Position numbers and translations under genes: made by a program
Shown: positions 1 to 22,330 of the stretch, piece by piece
Numbering within the stretch: the stretch's first letter is position 1
Layout: every line of letters begins with the position of its first letter
Notes under the pieces: model-generated
What the model saw: the letters and a program-made list of their open reading frames with translations, nothing else
Told to the model about the DNA's origin: nothing
Database searches by the model: none
DNA from: the human T2T-CHM13v2.0 reference genome, Homo sapiens
Assembly: GCF_009914755.1 (NCBI RefSeq)
Contig: NC_060939.1
DNA: 64,000 nt
Reading direction: 5' to 3' (one strand)

Positions 1-2551
<2,551 letters not shown>

Positions 2552-2552
2552 G

Positions 2553-7102
<4,550 letters not shown>

Positions 7103-7108
7103 TGTGAA

Positions 7109-7320
7109 GGCCGGACGCAACACGGCGAAACCCCGTCTCTACTAAAAATACAAAGCTGAGTCGGGAGCGGTGGGGCAGGCCCCTGTAATGCCAGCTCCTC
7201 GGGAGGCTGAGGCGGGAGAATCGCTTGAACCAGGGAAGCGGAGGCTGCAGGGAGCCGAGATCGCGCCACTGCACTACGGCCCAGGCTGTAGAGTGAGTGA
7301 GACTCGGTCTCTAAATAAAT
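7109..7320 (+). mobile_element. Internally deleted Alu (copy at 51058-51269)
   Basis: GGCCGGACGC joined to AACACGGCGAAACCCCGTCTCTACTAAAAATAC, followed by a right arm. Confidence 0.88.
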
Positions 7321-8504
7321 ACGGAAATTAATTAATTCATTAATTCTTTTCCCTGCTGACGGACATTTGCAGGCAGGCATCGGTTGTCTTCGGGCATCAC
7401 CTAGCGGCCACTGTTATTGAAAGTCGACGTGACACGGAGGGAGGTCTCGCCGACTTCACCGAGCCTGGGGCAACGGGTTTCTCTCTCTCCCTTCTGGAGG
7501 CCCCTCCCTCTCTCCCTCGTTGCCTAGGGAACCTCGCCTAGGGAACCTCCGCCCTGGCGGGGGCCCTATTGTTCTTTGATCGGCGCTTTACTTTTCTTTG
7601 TGTTTTGGCGCCTAGACTCTTCTACTTGGGCTTTGGGAAGGGTCAGTTTAATTTTCAAGTTGCCCCCCGGCTCCCCCCACTACCCACGTCCCTTCACCTT
7701 AATTTAGTGAGTCGGTTAGGTGGGTTTCCCCCAAACCGCCCCCCCCCCCCCGCCTCCCAACACCCTGCTTGGAAACCTTCCAGAGCCACCCCGGTGTGCC
7801 TCCGTCTTCTCTCCCCTTCCCCCACCCCTTGCCGGCGATCTCATTCTTGCCAGGCTGACATTTGCATCGGTGGGCGTCAGGCCTCACTCGGGGGCCACCG
7901 TTTTTGAAGATGGGGGCGGCACGGTCCCACTTCCCCGGAGGCAGCTTGGGCCGATGGCATAGCCCCTTGACCCGCGTGGGCAAGCGGGCGGGTCTGCAGT
8001 TGTGAGGCTTTTCCCCCCGCTGCTTCCCGCCTCAGGCCTCCCTCCCTAGGAAAGCTTCACCCTGGCTGGGTCTCGGTCACCTTTTATCACGATGTTTTAG
8101 TTTCTCCGCCCTCCGGCCAGCAGAGTTTCACAATGCGAAGGGCGCCACGGCTCTAGTCTGGGCCTTCTCAGTACTTGCCCAAAATAGAAACGCTTTCTGA
8201 AAACTAATAACTTTGCTCACTTAAGATTTCCAGGGACGGCGCCTTGGCCCGTGTTTGTTGGCTTGTTTTGTTTCGTTCTGTTTTGTTTTGTTCGTGTTTT
8301 TCCTTTCTCGTATGTCTTTCTTTTCAGGTGAAGTAGAAATCCCCAGTTTTCAGGAAGACGTCTATTTTCCCCAAGACACGTTAGCTGCCGTTTTTTCCTG
8401 TTGTGAACTAGCGCTTTTGTGACTCTCTCAACGTGCAGTGAGAGCCGGTTGATGTTTACTATCCTTCATCATGACATCTTATTTTCTAGAAATCCGTAGG
8501 CGAA

Positions 8505-8591
8505 TGCTGCTGCTGCTCTTGTTGCTGTTGTTGTTGTTGTTGTTGTCGTCGTTGCTGTTGTCGTTGTCGTTGTTGTTGTCGTTGTCGTTGT
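8505..8591 (+). repeat. Compound (GCT/GTT/GTC)n trinucleotide repeat
   Basis: Directly visible. Confidence 0.9.
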
Positions 8592-8667
8592 TTTCAAAGT
8601 ATACCCCGGCCACCGTTTATGGGATCAAAAGCATTATAAAATATGTGTGATTATTTCTTGAGCACGC

Positions 8668-9265
8668 CCTTCCTCCCCCTCTCTCTGTCTCTCTGTCTGT
8701 CTCTGTCTCTCTCTTTCTCTGTCTGTCTTCTCTCTCTCTCTCTCTCTGTGTCTCTCTCTCTCTGCCTGTCTGTTTCTCTCTCTCTGCCTCTCTCTCTCTC
8801 TCTCTCTCTGCCTGTCTCTCTCACTGTGTCTGTCTTCTGTCTTACTCCCTTTCTCTGTCTGTCTGTCGGTCTCTCTCTCTCTCTCTCCCTGTCTGTATGT
8901 TTCTCTCTGTCTCTGTCTCTCTCTCTCTTTCTGTTTCTCTCTCTCCGTCTCTGTCTTTCTCTGACTGTCTCTCTCTTTCCTTCTCTCTGTCTCTCTCTGC
9001 CTGTCTCTCTCACTCTGTCTTCTGTCTTACTCTCTCTCTCTGCCTGCCTGTCTCTCTCACTCTCTCTCTCTGTGTGTCTCTCTCTCTCTTTCTGTTTCTC
9101 TCTGTCTCTCTGTCCGTCTCTGTCTTTCTCTGTCTGTCTCTTTGTCTGTCTGTCTTTGTCTTTCCTTCTCTCTGTCTCTGTCTCTCTCACTGTGTCTGTC
9201 TTCTGTCTTAGTCTCTCTCTCTCTCTCTCCCTGTCTGTCTGTCTCTCTCTCTCTCTCCCCCTGTC

Positions 9266-9310
<45 letters not shown>

Positions 9311-9583
9311 TTGTCTTTCTTTCTGTCTCTGTCTCTCTCTCTCTCTCTGTGTGTCTGTCTTCTGTCTTACTGTCTTTCTCTGCCTGTCTGTCTGTCTGTC
9401 TCTCTCTGTCTGTCTCTCTCTCTCTCTCCCCCCTGTCGGCTGTTTCTCTGTCTCTGTCTGTGTCTCTCTTTCTGTCTGTTTCTCTCTGTCTGTCTTTCTC
9501 TCTCTGTCTCTTTCTCTCTGTCTCTCTGTCTGTCTCTGTCTCTCTCTCTGTCTCTCTCTCTCTGTGGGGGGGTGTGTGTGTGT

Positions 9584-9620
<37 letters not shown>

Positions 9621-9871
9621 TGCCTTCTGTCTTACTCTCTTTCTCTGCCTGTCTGTCTGCCTGTCTGTTTGTCTCTCTCTCTCTGCCTGTCTCTCTCCCT
9701 TCCTGTCTGTTTCTCTCTCTTTCTGTTTCTCTCTGTCTCTGTCCATCTCTGTCTTTCTCCGTCTGTCTCTTTATCTGTCTCTCTCCGTCTGTCTCTTTAT
9801 CTGTCTCTCTCTCTCTTTCTGTCTTTCTCTCTCTGTGTATCGTTGTCTCTCTCTGTCTGTCTCTGTCTCTG

Positions 9872-9904
<33 letters not shown>

Positions 9905-9962
9905 GTCTGTCTGTCCGTCTGTCTGTCTCGGTCTCTGGCTCTCGCTATCTCCCGCCCTCTCT
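8668..9962 (+). repeat. Third polypyrimidine (CT/CTGT) block with internal (TG)n
   Basis: Same TCTTCTGTCTTACTC motif as the LR blocks; (TG)n at 9572-9618. Confidence 0.9.
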
Positions 9963-11247
9963 TTTTTTGCAAAAGAAGCTCAAGTACATCTAATCTAATC
10001 CCTTACCAAGGCCTGAATTCTTCACTTCTGACATCCCAGATTTGATCTCCCTACAGAATGCTGTACAGAACTGGCGAGTTGATTTCTGGACTTGGATACC
10101 TCATAGAAACTACATATGAATAAAGATCCAATCCTAAAATCTGGGGTGGCTTCTCCCTCGACTGTCTCGAAAAATCGTACCTCTGTTCCCCTAGGATGCC
10201 GGAAGAGTTTTCTCAATGTGCATCTGCCCGTGTCCTAAGTGATCTGTGACCGAGCCCTGTCCGTCCTGTCTCAAATATGTACGTGCAAACACTTCTCTCC
10301 ATTTCCACAACTACCCACGGCCCCTTGTGGAACCACTGGCTCTTTGAAAAAAATCCCAGAAGTGGTTTTGGCTTTTTGGCTAGGAGGCCTAAGCCTGCTG
10401 AGAACTTTCCTGCCCAGGATCCTGTGTGACCAAAAGTGCCTCTGCTGGGAGCTGGGATCCTCGGGACCATGCTTGCTAGCGCTGGATGAGTCTCTGGAAG
10501 GACGCACGGGACTCCGCAAAGCTGACCTGTCCCACCGAGGTCAAATGGATACCTCTGCATTGGCCCGAGGCCTCCGAAGTACATCACCGTCACCAACCGT
10601 CACCGTCAGCATCCTTGTGAGCCTGCCCAAGGCCCCGCCTCCGGGGAGACTCTTGGGAGCCCGGCCTTCGTCGGCTAAAGTCCAAAGGGATGGTGACTTC
10701 CACCCACAAGGTCCCCACTGAACGGCGAAGATGTGGAGCGTAGGTCAGAGAGGGGACCAGGAGGGGAGACGTCCCGACAGGCGACGAGTTCCCAAGGCTC
10801 TGGCCACCCCACCCACGCCCCACGCCCCACGTCCCGGGCACCCGCGGGACACCGCCGCTTTATCCCCTCCTCTGTCCACAGCCGGCCCCACCCCACCACG
10901 CAACCCACGCACACACGCTGGAGGTTCCAAAACCACACGGTGTGACTAGAGCCTGACGGAGCGAGAGCCCATTTCACGAGGTGGGAGGGGTGGGGGTGGG
11001 GTGGGTTGGGGGTTGTGGGGTCTGTGGCGAGCCCGATTCTCCCTCTTGGGTGGCTACAGGCTAGAAATGAATATCGCTTCTTGGGCGGAGGGGCTTCCTT
11101 AGGCCATCACCGCTTGCGGGACTACCTCTCAAACCCTCCCTTGAGGCCACAAAATAGATTCCACCCCACCCATCGACGTTTCCCCCGGGTGCTGGATGTA
11201 TCCTGTCAAGAGACCTGAGCCTGACACCGTCGAATTAAACACCTTGA

Positions 11248-11481
<234 letters not shown>

Positions 11482-11526
11482 TAGATTCGAGCCACACCTC
11501 ATTCCGTGCCACAGAGAGACTTCTTT

Positions 11527-14500
11527 TTTTTTTTTTTTTTAAGCGCAACGCAACATGTCTGCCTTATTTGAGTGGCTTCCTATATCATTATAATTGTGTT
11601 ATAGATGAAGAAACGGTATTAAACACTGTGCTAATGATAGTGAAAGTGAAGACAAAAGAAAGGCTATCTATTTTGTGGTTAGAATAAAGTTGCTCAGTAT
11701 TTAGAGCTACCTAAATACGTCAGCATTTACACTCTTCCTAGTAAAAGCTGGCCAATCTGAATAATCCTCCTTTAAACAAACACAATTTTTGATAGGGTTA
11801 AGATTTTTTTAAGAATGCGACTCCTGCAAAATAGCTGAACAGACGATACACATTTAAAAAAATAACAACACAAGGATCAACCAGACTTGGGAAAAAATCG
11901 AAAACCACACAAGTCTTATGAAGAACTGAGTTCTTAAAATAGGACGGAGAACGTAGCTATCGGAAGAGAAGGCAGTATTGGCAAGTTGATTGTTACGTTG
12001 GTCAGCAGTAGCTGGCACTATCTTTTTGGCCATCTTTCGGGCAATGTAACTACTACAGCAAAATGAGATATGATCCATGAAACAACATATTCGCAAATCA
12101 AAAAGTGTTTCAGTAATATAATGCTTCAGATTTAGAAGCAAATCAAATGATAGAACTCCACTGCTGTAATAAGTCACCCCAAAGATCACCGTATCTGACA
12201 AAATAACTACCACAGGGTTATGACTTCAGAATCATACTTTCTCTTGATATTTACTTATGTATGTATTTATTTTTTTTAATTTATTTCTCTTGAGACGGCG
12301 TCTCGCTCTGTCGCCCAGGCTGGAGTGCGATGGTGTGATCTCGGCTCACTGCAACCGCCACCTCCCTGGGTTCAAGCGATTCTCCTGCCTCAGCCTCCCG
12401 AGTAGCTGGGACTACAGGTGCCCGCCACCACGCCCAGCTAATCTTTATACTTTTAATAGAGACGGGGTTTCACCGTGTCGGCCCGGATGGTCTCGATCTC
12501 TTGACCTCGTGACCCGCCCGCCTCGGCCTCCCAAAGTGCTGGGATGACAGGCGTGAGCCACTGAGCCCGGCCTTCTCTTGACGTTTAAACTATGAAGTCA
12601 GTCCAGAGAAACGCAATAAATGTCAACGGTGAGGATGGTGTTGAGGCAGAAGTAGGACCACACTTTTTCCTATCTTATTCAGTTGATAACAATATGACCT
12701 AGGTAGTAATTTCCTATGTGCCTACTTATACACGAGTACAAAAGAGTAAAACAGAGAGACTGCTAAATTAAAGGGTACGTGAAGTTCTTCATAGTAACTC
12801 CGTAAACTGGAACACTGTCAAAAAGCAGCAGCTAGTGAATTGTTTCCATGTATTTTTCTATGATCCAATAAGTGAACTATGCTATTCCTTTCCAGTCTCC
12901 CAAGCACTTCTTGTCCCCATCACCACTTCGGTGCTCGAAGAAAAAGTAACAAATCAAGGAACACAACTAAAGAAACACACACACAAACCAAAGACAACTA
13001 CAGCGTCTGCAAAAGTTTGCTAGAAGACTGAAACTGTTGAGTATAAGGATCTGGTATTCTACGATGATCATGAGTTCACTTCAGAGTTTGTTCAAGACAT
13101 ACGTTTCGTAAGGAAACATCTTAGTTAGAAGTTATTCAGCAGTAGGTACCATCCCTAAGTATTTTTCACCAAATTCGTGACAATAAAGAGCTATCTAACC
13201 AGAAAAATTAGCGAGTACCGGCACCATCCATAGGGCTTTGTCTTTACGCTTCATTAGCACTTACCATGCCTTACAATGTCTAGGATTGACCCTGATAGCA
13301 TTTCGAAAACAAGCTAATGCTTTGTCCAGTTCTTCAGTGAAGACAAGCTCACGCCCTAATGCGCTATAGGCATAAGCATCATTTGGATCCACTTCGAGAG
13401 TTCTCTGGAAGAATTGAATCGCAATATCGTGTTCCCGTTGCAGACCGAAACAGTTCCCTGCAGCACACCAGGCCTCTGGCTGGCGAATTTTTATCCATGT
13501 CTGTGAAGTCTTTGGACAGAACTGAAAGAGCAACCTCTTTCGGAGGATGCCAAAGTGTTGTAGAGTAGATCTCCATGCCTTCGACTCTGTAATTCTCAAT
13601 CCTCCTAACCTCTGAGAATTGTCTTTCAGCTTGCGTGGACTCTGAAAGTTTACAATAGGCCCTTCCGATTTGGCACAGTACCCAACCGGTATTGCAGTGG
13701 TGAGAAGCTAGATGGCTCAAGATGCTGATAGCTTCTTTGCCGTGGTAAGAACACAAAGCTAAATAACCTTTCCCCCTTTCACGAAGAAGGCTCATCAAGC
13801 CTTCCGCTGCTGCTTTTTGTAGATTAAAAGCCTGAATCTGAGGCGCGATTGCGGCTATTTTCCCTTCTGAAATGACGGAAGAGTCCAATTTTGTCACTTC
13901 CAGGCTATCACTTATGTTCGGTGGAGTTATTGCTCCTTTATTAGTTTTACTTTTGGTTCTTCTGTTTGGGATTTTAGGTGGAAACTTCATTTTTAATTTT
14001 CTCCTATTCTCCTCGGTTGTGGAGCTGTCACTAGTCAAGAGTCGTGAATTTCTTCGAGGCGGTGCATTTGGGGGAGATGCCATAGTGGGGCTCAATACCT
14101 GAGGTGTTGCCCTTGTCGGCGGACCAGAACTTTGTGTTTTTGCAAGGACTGGAGTTACCTTTCGGCTCTTTCCCCTCTGCGAGAAGACAGACGGTGTTCC
14201 GGTTTGGCCGATTCTGGCAACAGGCTTTTCTGAAGGGGCTCCGGTGGATGGCACGTCAATGACAGACGGTGTCTCATACCAGTGCAGTTTTGTCAATAGG
14301 GTCCGTCTCCGGGACTTGGGGTTTCTAATGGCAAAATGCCAACACTTGGGGTTAATGGACTAACAGCTGCTGGTCCTCCTAATAAACTTCGACCAGTTTT
14401 TGGTTTATGTTGAACCTGTTTAGATCATATGGAAGTTCCTGTTCCCAGTGGGACAGTATCAGGTGAAAGGACAGCTGAATCGATAGAAGACACTGGGGAG

Positions 14501-15325
14501 TCTGTATTCAAGGAGTACTTTGAATTGGAAGATTCTAAATTCCATCCGTTTCATTCGACGGTGTCCTGGGGTGTTTCCGTAAGAACGGTCTCGGGCTGTC
14601 TGTGACATAAACTAGGACGAGGTCCAAGTGTTGTGGCGCAACACTTGGACAGGCAGTTGCTAAAGCTCTCTAGAGAGGTGAATCAAAATGTTTGGTCAGG
14701 ATCTGGCTTTTCCCCCCTATTTCACATCATGATTCAAAGGGACACCAGAGGAAAGGATTTCAACGAAGGCTCTTTTGGTCACATTCTGATCCTTTGGTAA
14801 GCCGATCTGTCTTGCAATATACATGTCCCGACGATGGAAGGGGAAAGCGAGCTGAATCACCAAACTCAGGAACGATAATATCATCGTGGCTTTTCTGCTT
14901 ATGAAACACTCCACCCGATAAGATTTGATCCCCTTCTGCAAGCTTGCTGAGATCAACACAACATTTCGCAAGCAGGCATTTGCATTGCGGGGTAGTACAA
15001 CTGTGTCCTTTCAAGAGTCTATATGTTTTATAGGCCTTTCCTGAGCGGTAAGAACAGGTCGCCAGTAAGAACAAGGCTTCTTCTGAGTGTACTTCTGCAT
15101 AAAGGCGTTCTGCGGGGGAAACCGCATCTCGGTAGGCATAGTGGTTTAGTGCTTGCCATATAGCAGCCTGGACGGGTCCCTGCAGCACCGCCATCCTCGA
15201 GGCTCAGGCCCACTTTCTGCAGTGCCACAGGCACCCCCCCCCCCCCCCATAGCGGCTCCGGCCCGGCCAGCCTCGGCTCATTTAAAGGCACCAGCCGCCG
15301 TTACCGGGGGATGGGGGAGTCCGAG
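11527..15325 (-). pseudogene. CDC27: CDC27 processed pseudogene: 5'UTR, spliced CDS-derived part 15194-13265, then intron-like tail to poly(A)
   Basis: MAVLQGPVQAAIWQALNHYAYRDA and EAWCAAGNCF..CFRNAIRVNPRH are CDC27/APC3-like. Intronless in the coding part, with frameshifts (e.g. TGGC duplication at 13477-13484). Poly(T) at about 11524-11540 on +; TSD-like flanks. Confidence 0.93.
12265..12572 (-). mobile_element. Full-length Alu inside the CDC27 retrocopy tail (copy at 56214-56521)
   Basis: GAGACGGCGTCTCGCTCTGTCGCCCAGG..GAGCCACTGAGCCCGGCC. Confidence 0.93.
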
Positions 15326-15850
15326 ACAGAATGACTTCTTTATCCTGCTGACTCTGGAAAGCCCGGCGCCTTGTGATCCATTGCAAACCGAGAGTCACCT
15401 CGTGTTTAGAACACGGATCCACTCCCAAGTTCAGTGGGGGGATGTGAGGGGTGTGGCAGGTAGGACGAAGGACTCTCTTCCTTCTGATTCGGTCTGCACA
15501 GTGGGGCCTAGGGCTGGAGCTCTCTCCGTGCGGACCGCTGACTCCCTCTACCTTGGGTTCCCTCGGCCCCACCCTGGAACGCCGGGCCTTGGCAGATTCT
15601 GGCCCTTCCTGGCCCTTCAGTCGCTGTCAGAAACCCCATCTCATGCTCGGATGCCCCGAGTGACTGTGGCTCGCACCTCTCCGGAAACATTGGAAATCTC
15701 TCCTCTACGCGCGGCCACCTGAAACCACAGGAGCTCGGGACACACGTGCTTTCGGGAGAGAATGCTGAGAGTCTCTTGCCGACTCTCTCTTGACTTGAGT
15801 TCTTCGTGGGTGCGTGGTTAAGACGTAGTGAGACCAGATGTATTAACTCA

Positions 15851-16996
<1,146 letters not shown>

Positions 16997-17809
16997 ACCC
17001 CCCCTTTCCCCTTCCCCCGCTTGTCTTCCCGACAGACAGTTTCACGGCAGAGCGTTTGGCTGGCGTGCTTAAACTCATTCTAAATAGAAATTTGGGACGT
17101 CAGCTTCTGGCCTCACGGACTCTGAGCCGAGGAGTCCCCTGGTCTGTCTATCACAGGACCGTACACGTAAGGAGGAGAAAAATCGTAACGTTCAAAGTCA
17201 GTCATTTTGTGATACAGAAATACACGGATTCACCCAAAACACAGAAAGCAGTCTTTTAGAAATGGCCTTAGCCCTGGTGTCCGTGCCAGTGATTCTTTTC
17301 GGTTTGGACCTTGACTGAGAGGATTCCCAGTCGGTCTCTCGTCTCTGGACGGAAGTTCCAGATGATCCGATGGGTGGGGGACTTAGGCTGCGTCCCCCCA
17401 GGAGCCCTGGTCGATTAGTTGTGGGGATCGCCTTGGAGGGCGCGGTGACCCACTGTGCTGTGGGAGCCTCCATCCTTCCCCCCACCCCCTCCCCAGGGGA
17501 TCCCAATTCATTCCGGGCTGACACGCTCACTGGCAGGCGTCGGGCATCACCTAGCGGTCACTGTTACTCTGAAAACGGAGGCCTCACAGAGGAAGGGAGC
17601 ACCAGGCCGCCTGCGCACAGCCTGGGGCAACTGTGTCTTCTCCACCGCCCCCGCCCCCACCTCCAAGTTCCTCCCTCCCTTGTTGCCTAGGAAATCGCCA
17701 CTTTGACGACCGGGTCTGATTGACCTTTGATCAGGCAAAAACGAACAAACAGATAAATAAATAAAATAACACAAAAGTAACTAACTAAATAAAATAAGTC
17801 AATACAACC

Positions 17810-17949
17810 CATTACAATACAATAAGATACGATACGATAGGATGCGATAGGATACGATAGGATACAATACAATACGATACGATACGATACAATACAATAC
17901 AATACAATACAATACAATACAATACAATACAATACAATACAATACAATA

Positions 17950-17950
<1 letters not shown>
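17810..17950 (+). repeat. Pentanucleotide array (GATAC/GATAG/AATAC)n (copy at 61759-61899)
   Basis: Directly visible. Confidence 0.95.
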
Positions 17951-18787
<837 letters not shown>

Positions 18788-19059
18788 TTAACTTCATTTT
18801 ATGTTATTATCATGATTGATGTTTCGAGACGGAGTCTCGGAGGCCCGCCCTCCCTGGTTGCCCAGACAACCCCGGGAGACAGACCCTGGCTGGGCCCGAT
18901 TGTTCTTCTCCTTGGTCAGGGGTTTCCTTGTCTTTCTTCGTGTCTTTAACCCGCGTGGACTCTTCCGCTCGGGTTTGACAGATGGCAGCTCCACTTTAGG
19001 CCTTGTTGTTGTTGGGGACTTTCCTGATTCTCCCCAGATGTAGTGAAAGCAGGTAGATT

Positions 19060-19089
19060 TGCCTTGCCTGGACTTGCCTGGCCTTGCCT
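19060..19089 (+). promoter_or_regulatory. p53 response element (RGC, ribosomal gene cluster site)
   Basis: TGCCTTGCCT-GGACTTGCCT-GGCCTTGCCT; the central decamer is a perfect RRRCWWGYYY. Confidence 0.88.
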
Positions 19090-19159
19090 TTTCTTTCTTT
19101 CTTTCTTTATTACTTTCTCTTTTTCTTCTTCTTCTTCTTCTTCTTCTTCTTCTTCTTCT

Positions 19160-20503
<1,344 letters not shown>

Positions 20504-21581
20504 TGTTGACTCATTTCGCTTTTTTATTTCTTTCGTTTCCACGCGTTTACTTATATGTATTAATGTAAACGTTTCTGTACGCTTATATGCAAACAACGAC
20601 AACGTGTATCTCTGCGTTGAATACTCTTGCGTATGGTAAATACGTATCGGTTGTATGGAAATAGACTTCTGTATGATAGATGTAGGTGTTTGTGTTATAC
20701 AAATAAATACACATCGCTCTATAAAGAAGGGATCGTCGATAAAGACGTTTATTTTACGTATGAAAAGCGTCGTATTTATGTGTGTAAATGAACGAGCGTA
20801 CGTAGTTATCTCTGTTTTCTTTCTTCCTCTCCTTCGTGTTTTTCTTCCTTCCTTTCTTCCTTTCTCTCCTTCTTTAGGTTTTTCTTCCTCTCTTCCTTTC
20901 CTTCTTTCTCTCTTTCTGTCCTTTTTTCCTTCGTGCTTTATTTCTCTTTCGTTCCCTGTGTTTCCTTCTTTTTTCTTTCCTCTCTGTTTCTTTTTCCCTT
21001 CTTTCCTTCGTTTCTTTCCTCATTCTTTCTCTCTTTTTCGTGTTTCTTTCCTTTCCGTCTGTCTTTTAAAAAATGGAGTGTTTCAGAAGTTTACTTTGTG
21101 TATCTACGTTTTCTAAATTGTCTCTCTTTTCTCCATTTTCTTCCTCCCTCCCTCCCTCCCTCCCTCCCTGCTCCCTTCCCTCCCTCCTTCCCTTTCGCCA
21201 TCTGTCTCTTTTCCCCACTCCCCTCCCCCCGTCTGTCTCTGCGTGGATTCCGGAAGAGCCTACGCATTCTGCCTCTCCGTGTGTCTGCAGCGACCCGCGA
21301 CCGAGTCCTTGTGTGTTCTTTCTCCCTCCCTCCCTCCCTCCCTCCCTCCCTCCCTCCCTGCTTCCGAGAGGCATCTCCAAACACCCACGCGCCGTGGGTT
21401 GTCTTCTGACTCTGTCGCGGTCGAGGCAGAGACGCGTTTTGGGCACCGTTTGTGTGGGGTTGGGGCAGAGGGGCTGCGTTTTCGGCCTCGGGAAGAGCTT
21501 CTCGACTCACGGTTTCGCTTTCGCGGTCCACGGGCCGCCCTGCCAGCCGGATCTGTCTCGCTGACGTCCGCGGCGGTTGTC

Positions 21582-21601
21582 GGGCTCCATCTGGCGGCCG
21601 C
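21582..21601 (-). promoter_or_regulatory. CTCF site at the upstream boundary / spacer promoter
   Basis: Minus strand GCGGCCGCCAGATGGAGCCC fits the CTCF core. Its position (~-900) agrees with known CTCF binding upstream of the spacer promoter. Confidence 0.7.
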
Positions 21602-21794
21602 TTTGAGATCGTGCTCTCGGCTTCCGGAGCTGCGGTGGCAGCTGCCGAGGGAGGGGACCGTCCCCGCTGTGAGCTAGGCAGAGCTCCGGAAAGCCCGCGG
21701 TCGTCAGCCCGGCTGGCCCGGTGGCGCCAGAGCTGTGGCGCGTCGCTTGTGAGTCACAGCTCTGGCGTGCAGGTTTATGTGGGGGAGAGGCTGT

Positions 21795-21886
21795 CGCTGC
21801 GCTTCTGGGCCCGCGGCGGGCGTGGGGCTGCCCGGGCCGGTCGACCAGCGCGCCGTAGCTCCCGAGGCCCGAGCCGCGACCCGCGG
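21795..21886 (+). ncRNA. MIR6724: Annotated miR-6724 hairpin locus (authenticity doubtful)
   Basis: CTGGGCCCGCGGCGGGCGTGGGG at 21805-21827, recognised from memory. Confidence 0.6.
21838..21848 (+). terminator. Spacer terminator-like Sal box (Tsp)
   Basis: CGGTCGACCAG about 650 bp upstream of the TSS. Confidence 0.65.
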
Positions 21887-22310
21887 GGACCCGCCGCGCG
21901 TGGCGCGGGAGGCTGGGGACGCCCTTCCCGGCCCGGTCGCGGGTCCGCGCTCATCCTGGCCGTCTGAGGCGGCGGCCGAATTCGTTTCCGAGTCCCCGTG
22001 GGGAGCCGGGGACCGTCCCGCCCCCGTCCCCCGGGTGCCGGGGAGCGGTCCCCGGGCCGGGCCGCGGTCCCTCTGCCGCGATCCTTTCTGGCGAGTCCCC
22101 GTGCGGAGTCGGAGAGCGCTCCCTGAGCGCGCGTGCGGCCCGAGAGGTCGCGCCTGGCCGGCCTTCGGTCCCTCGTGTGTCCCGGTCGTAGGAGGGGCCG
22201 GCCGAAAATGCTTCCGGCTCCCGCTCTGGAGACACGGGCCGGCCCCCTGCGTGTGGCACGGGCGGCCGGGAGGGCGTCCCCGGCCCGGCGCTGCTCCCGC
22301 GTGTGTCCTG

Positions 22311-22321
22311 GGGTTGACCAG
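22311..22321 (+). terminator. T0 promoter-proximal TTF1 site (variant Sal box)
   Basis: GGGTTGACCAG at about -170, one mismatch to GGGTCGACCAG. Confidence 0.8.
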
Positions 22322-22330
22322 AGGGCCCCG

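Noticed and set aside
13261-15194. CDC27-like ORFs as a functional gene
   Set aside because: Split by frameshifts and stops, substitutions at conserved residues, C-terminus missing.
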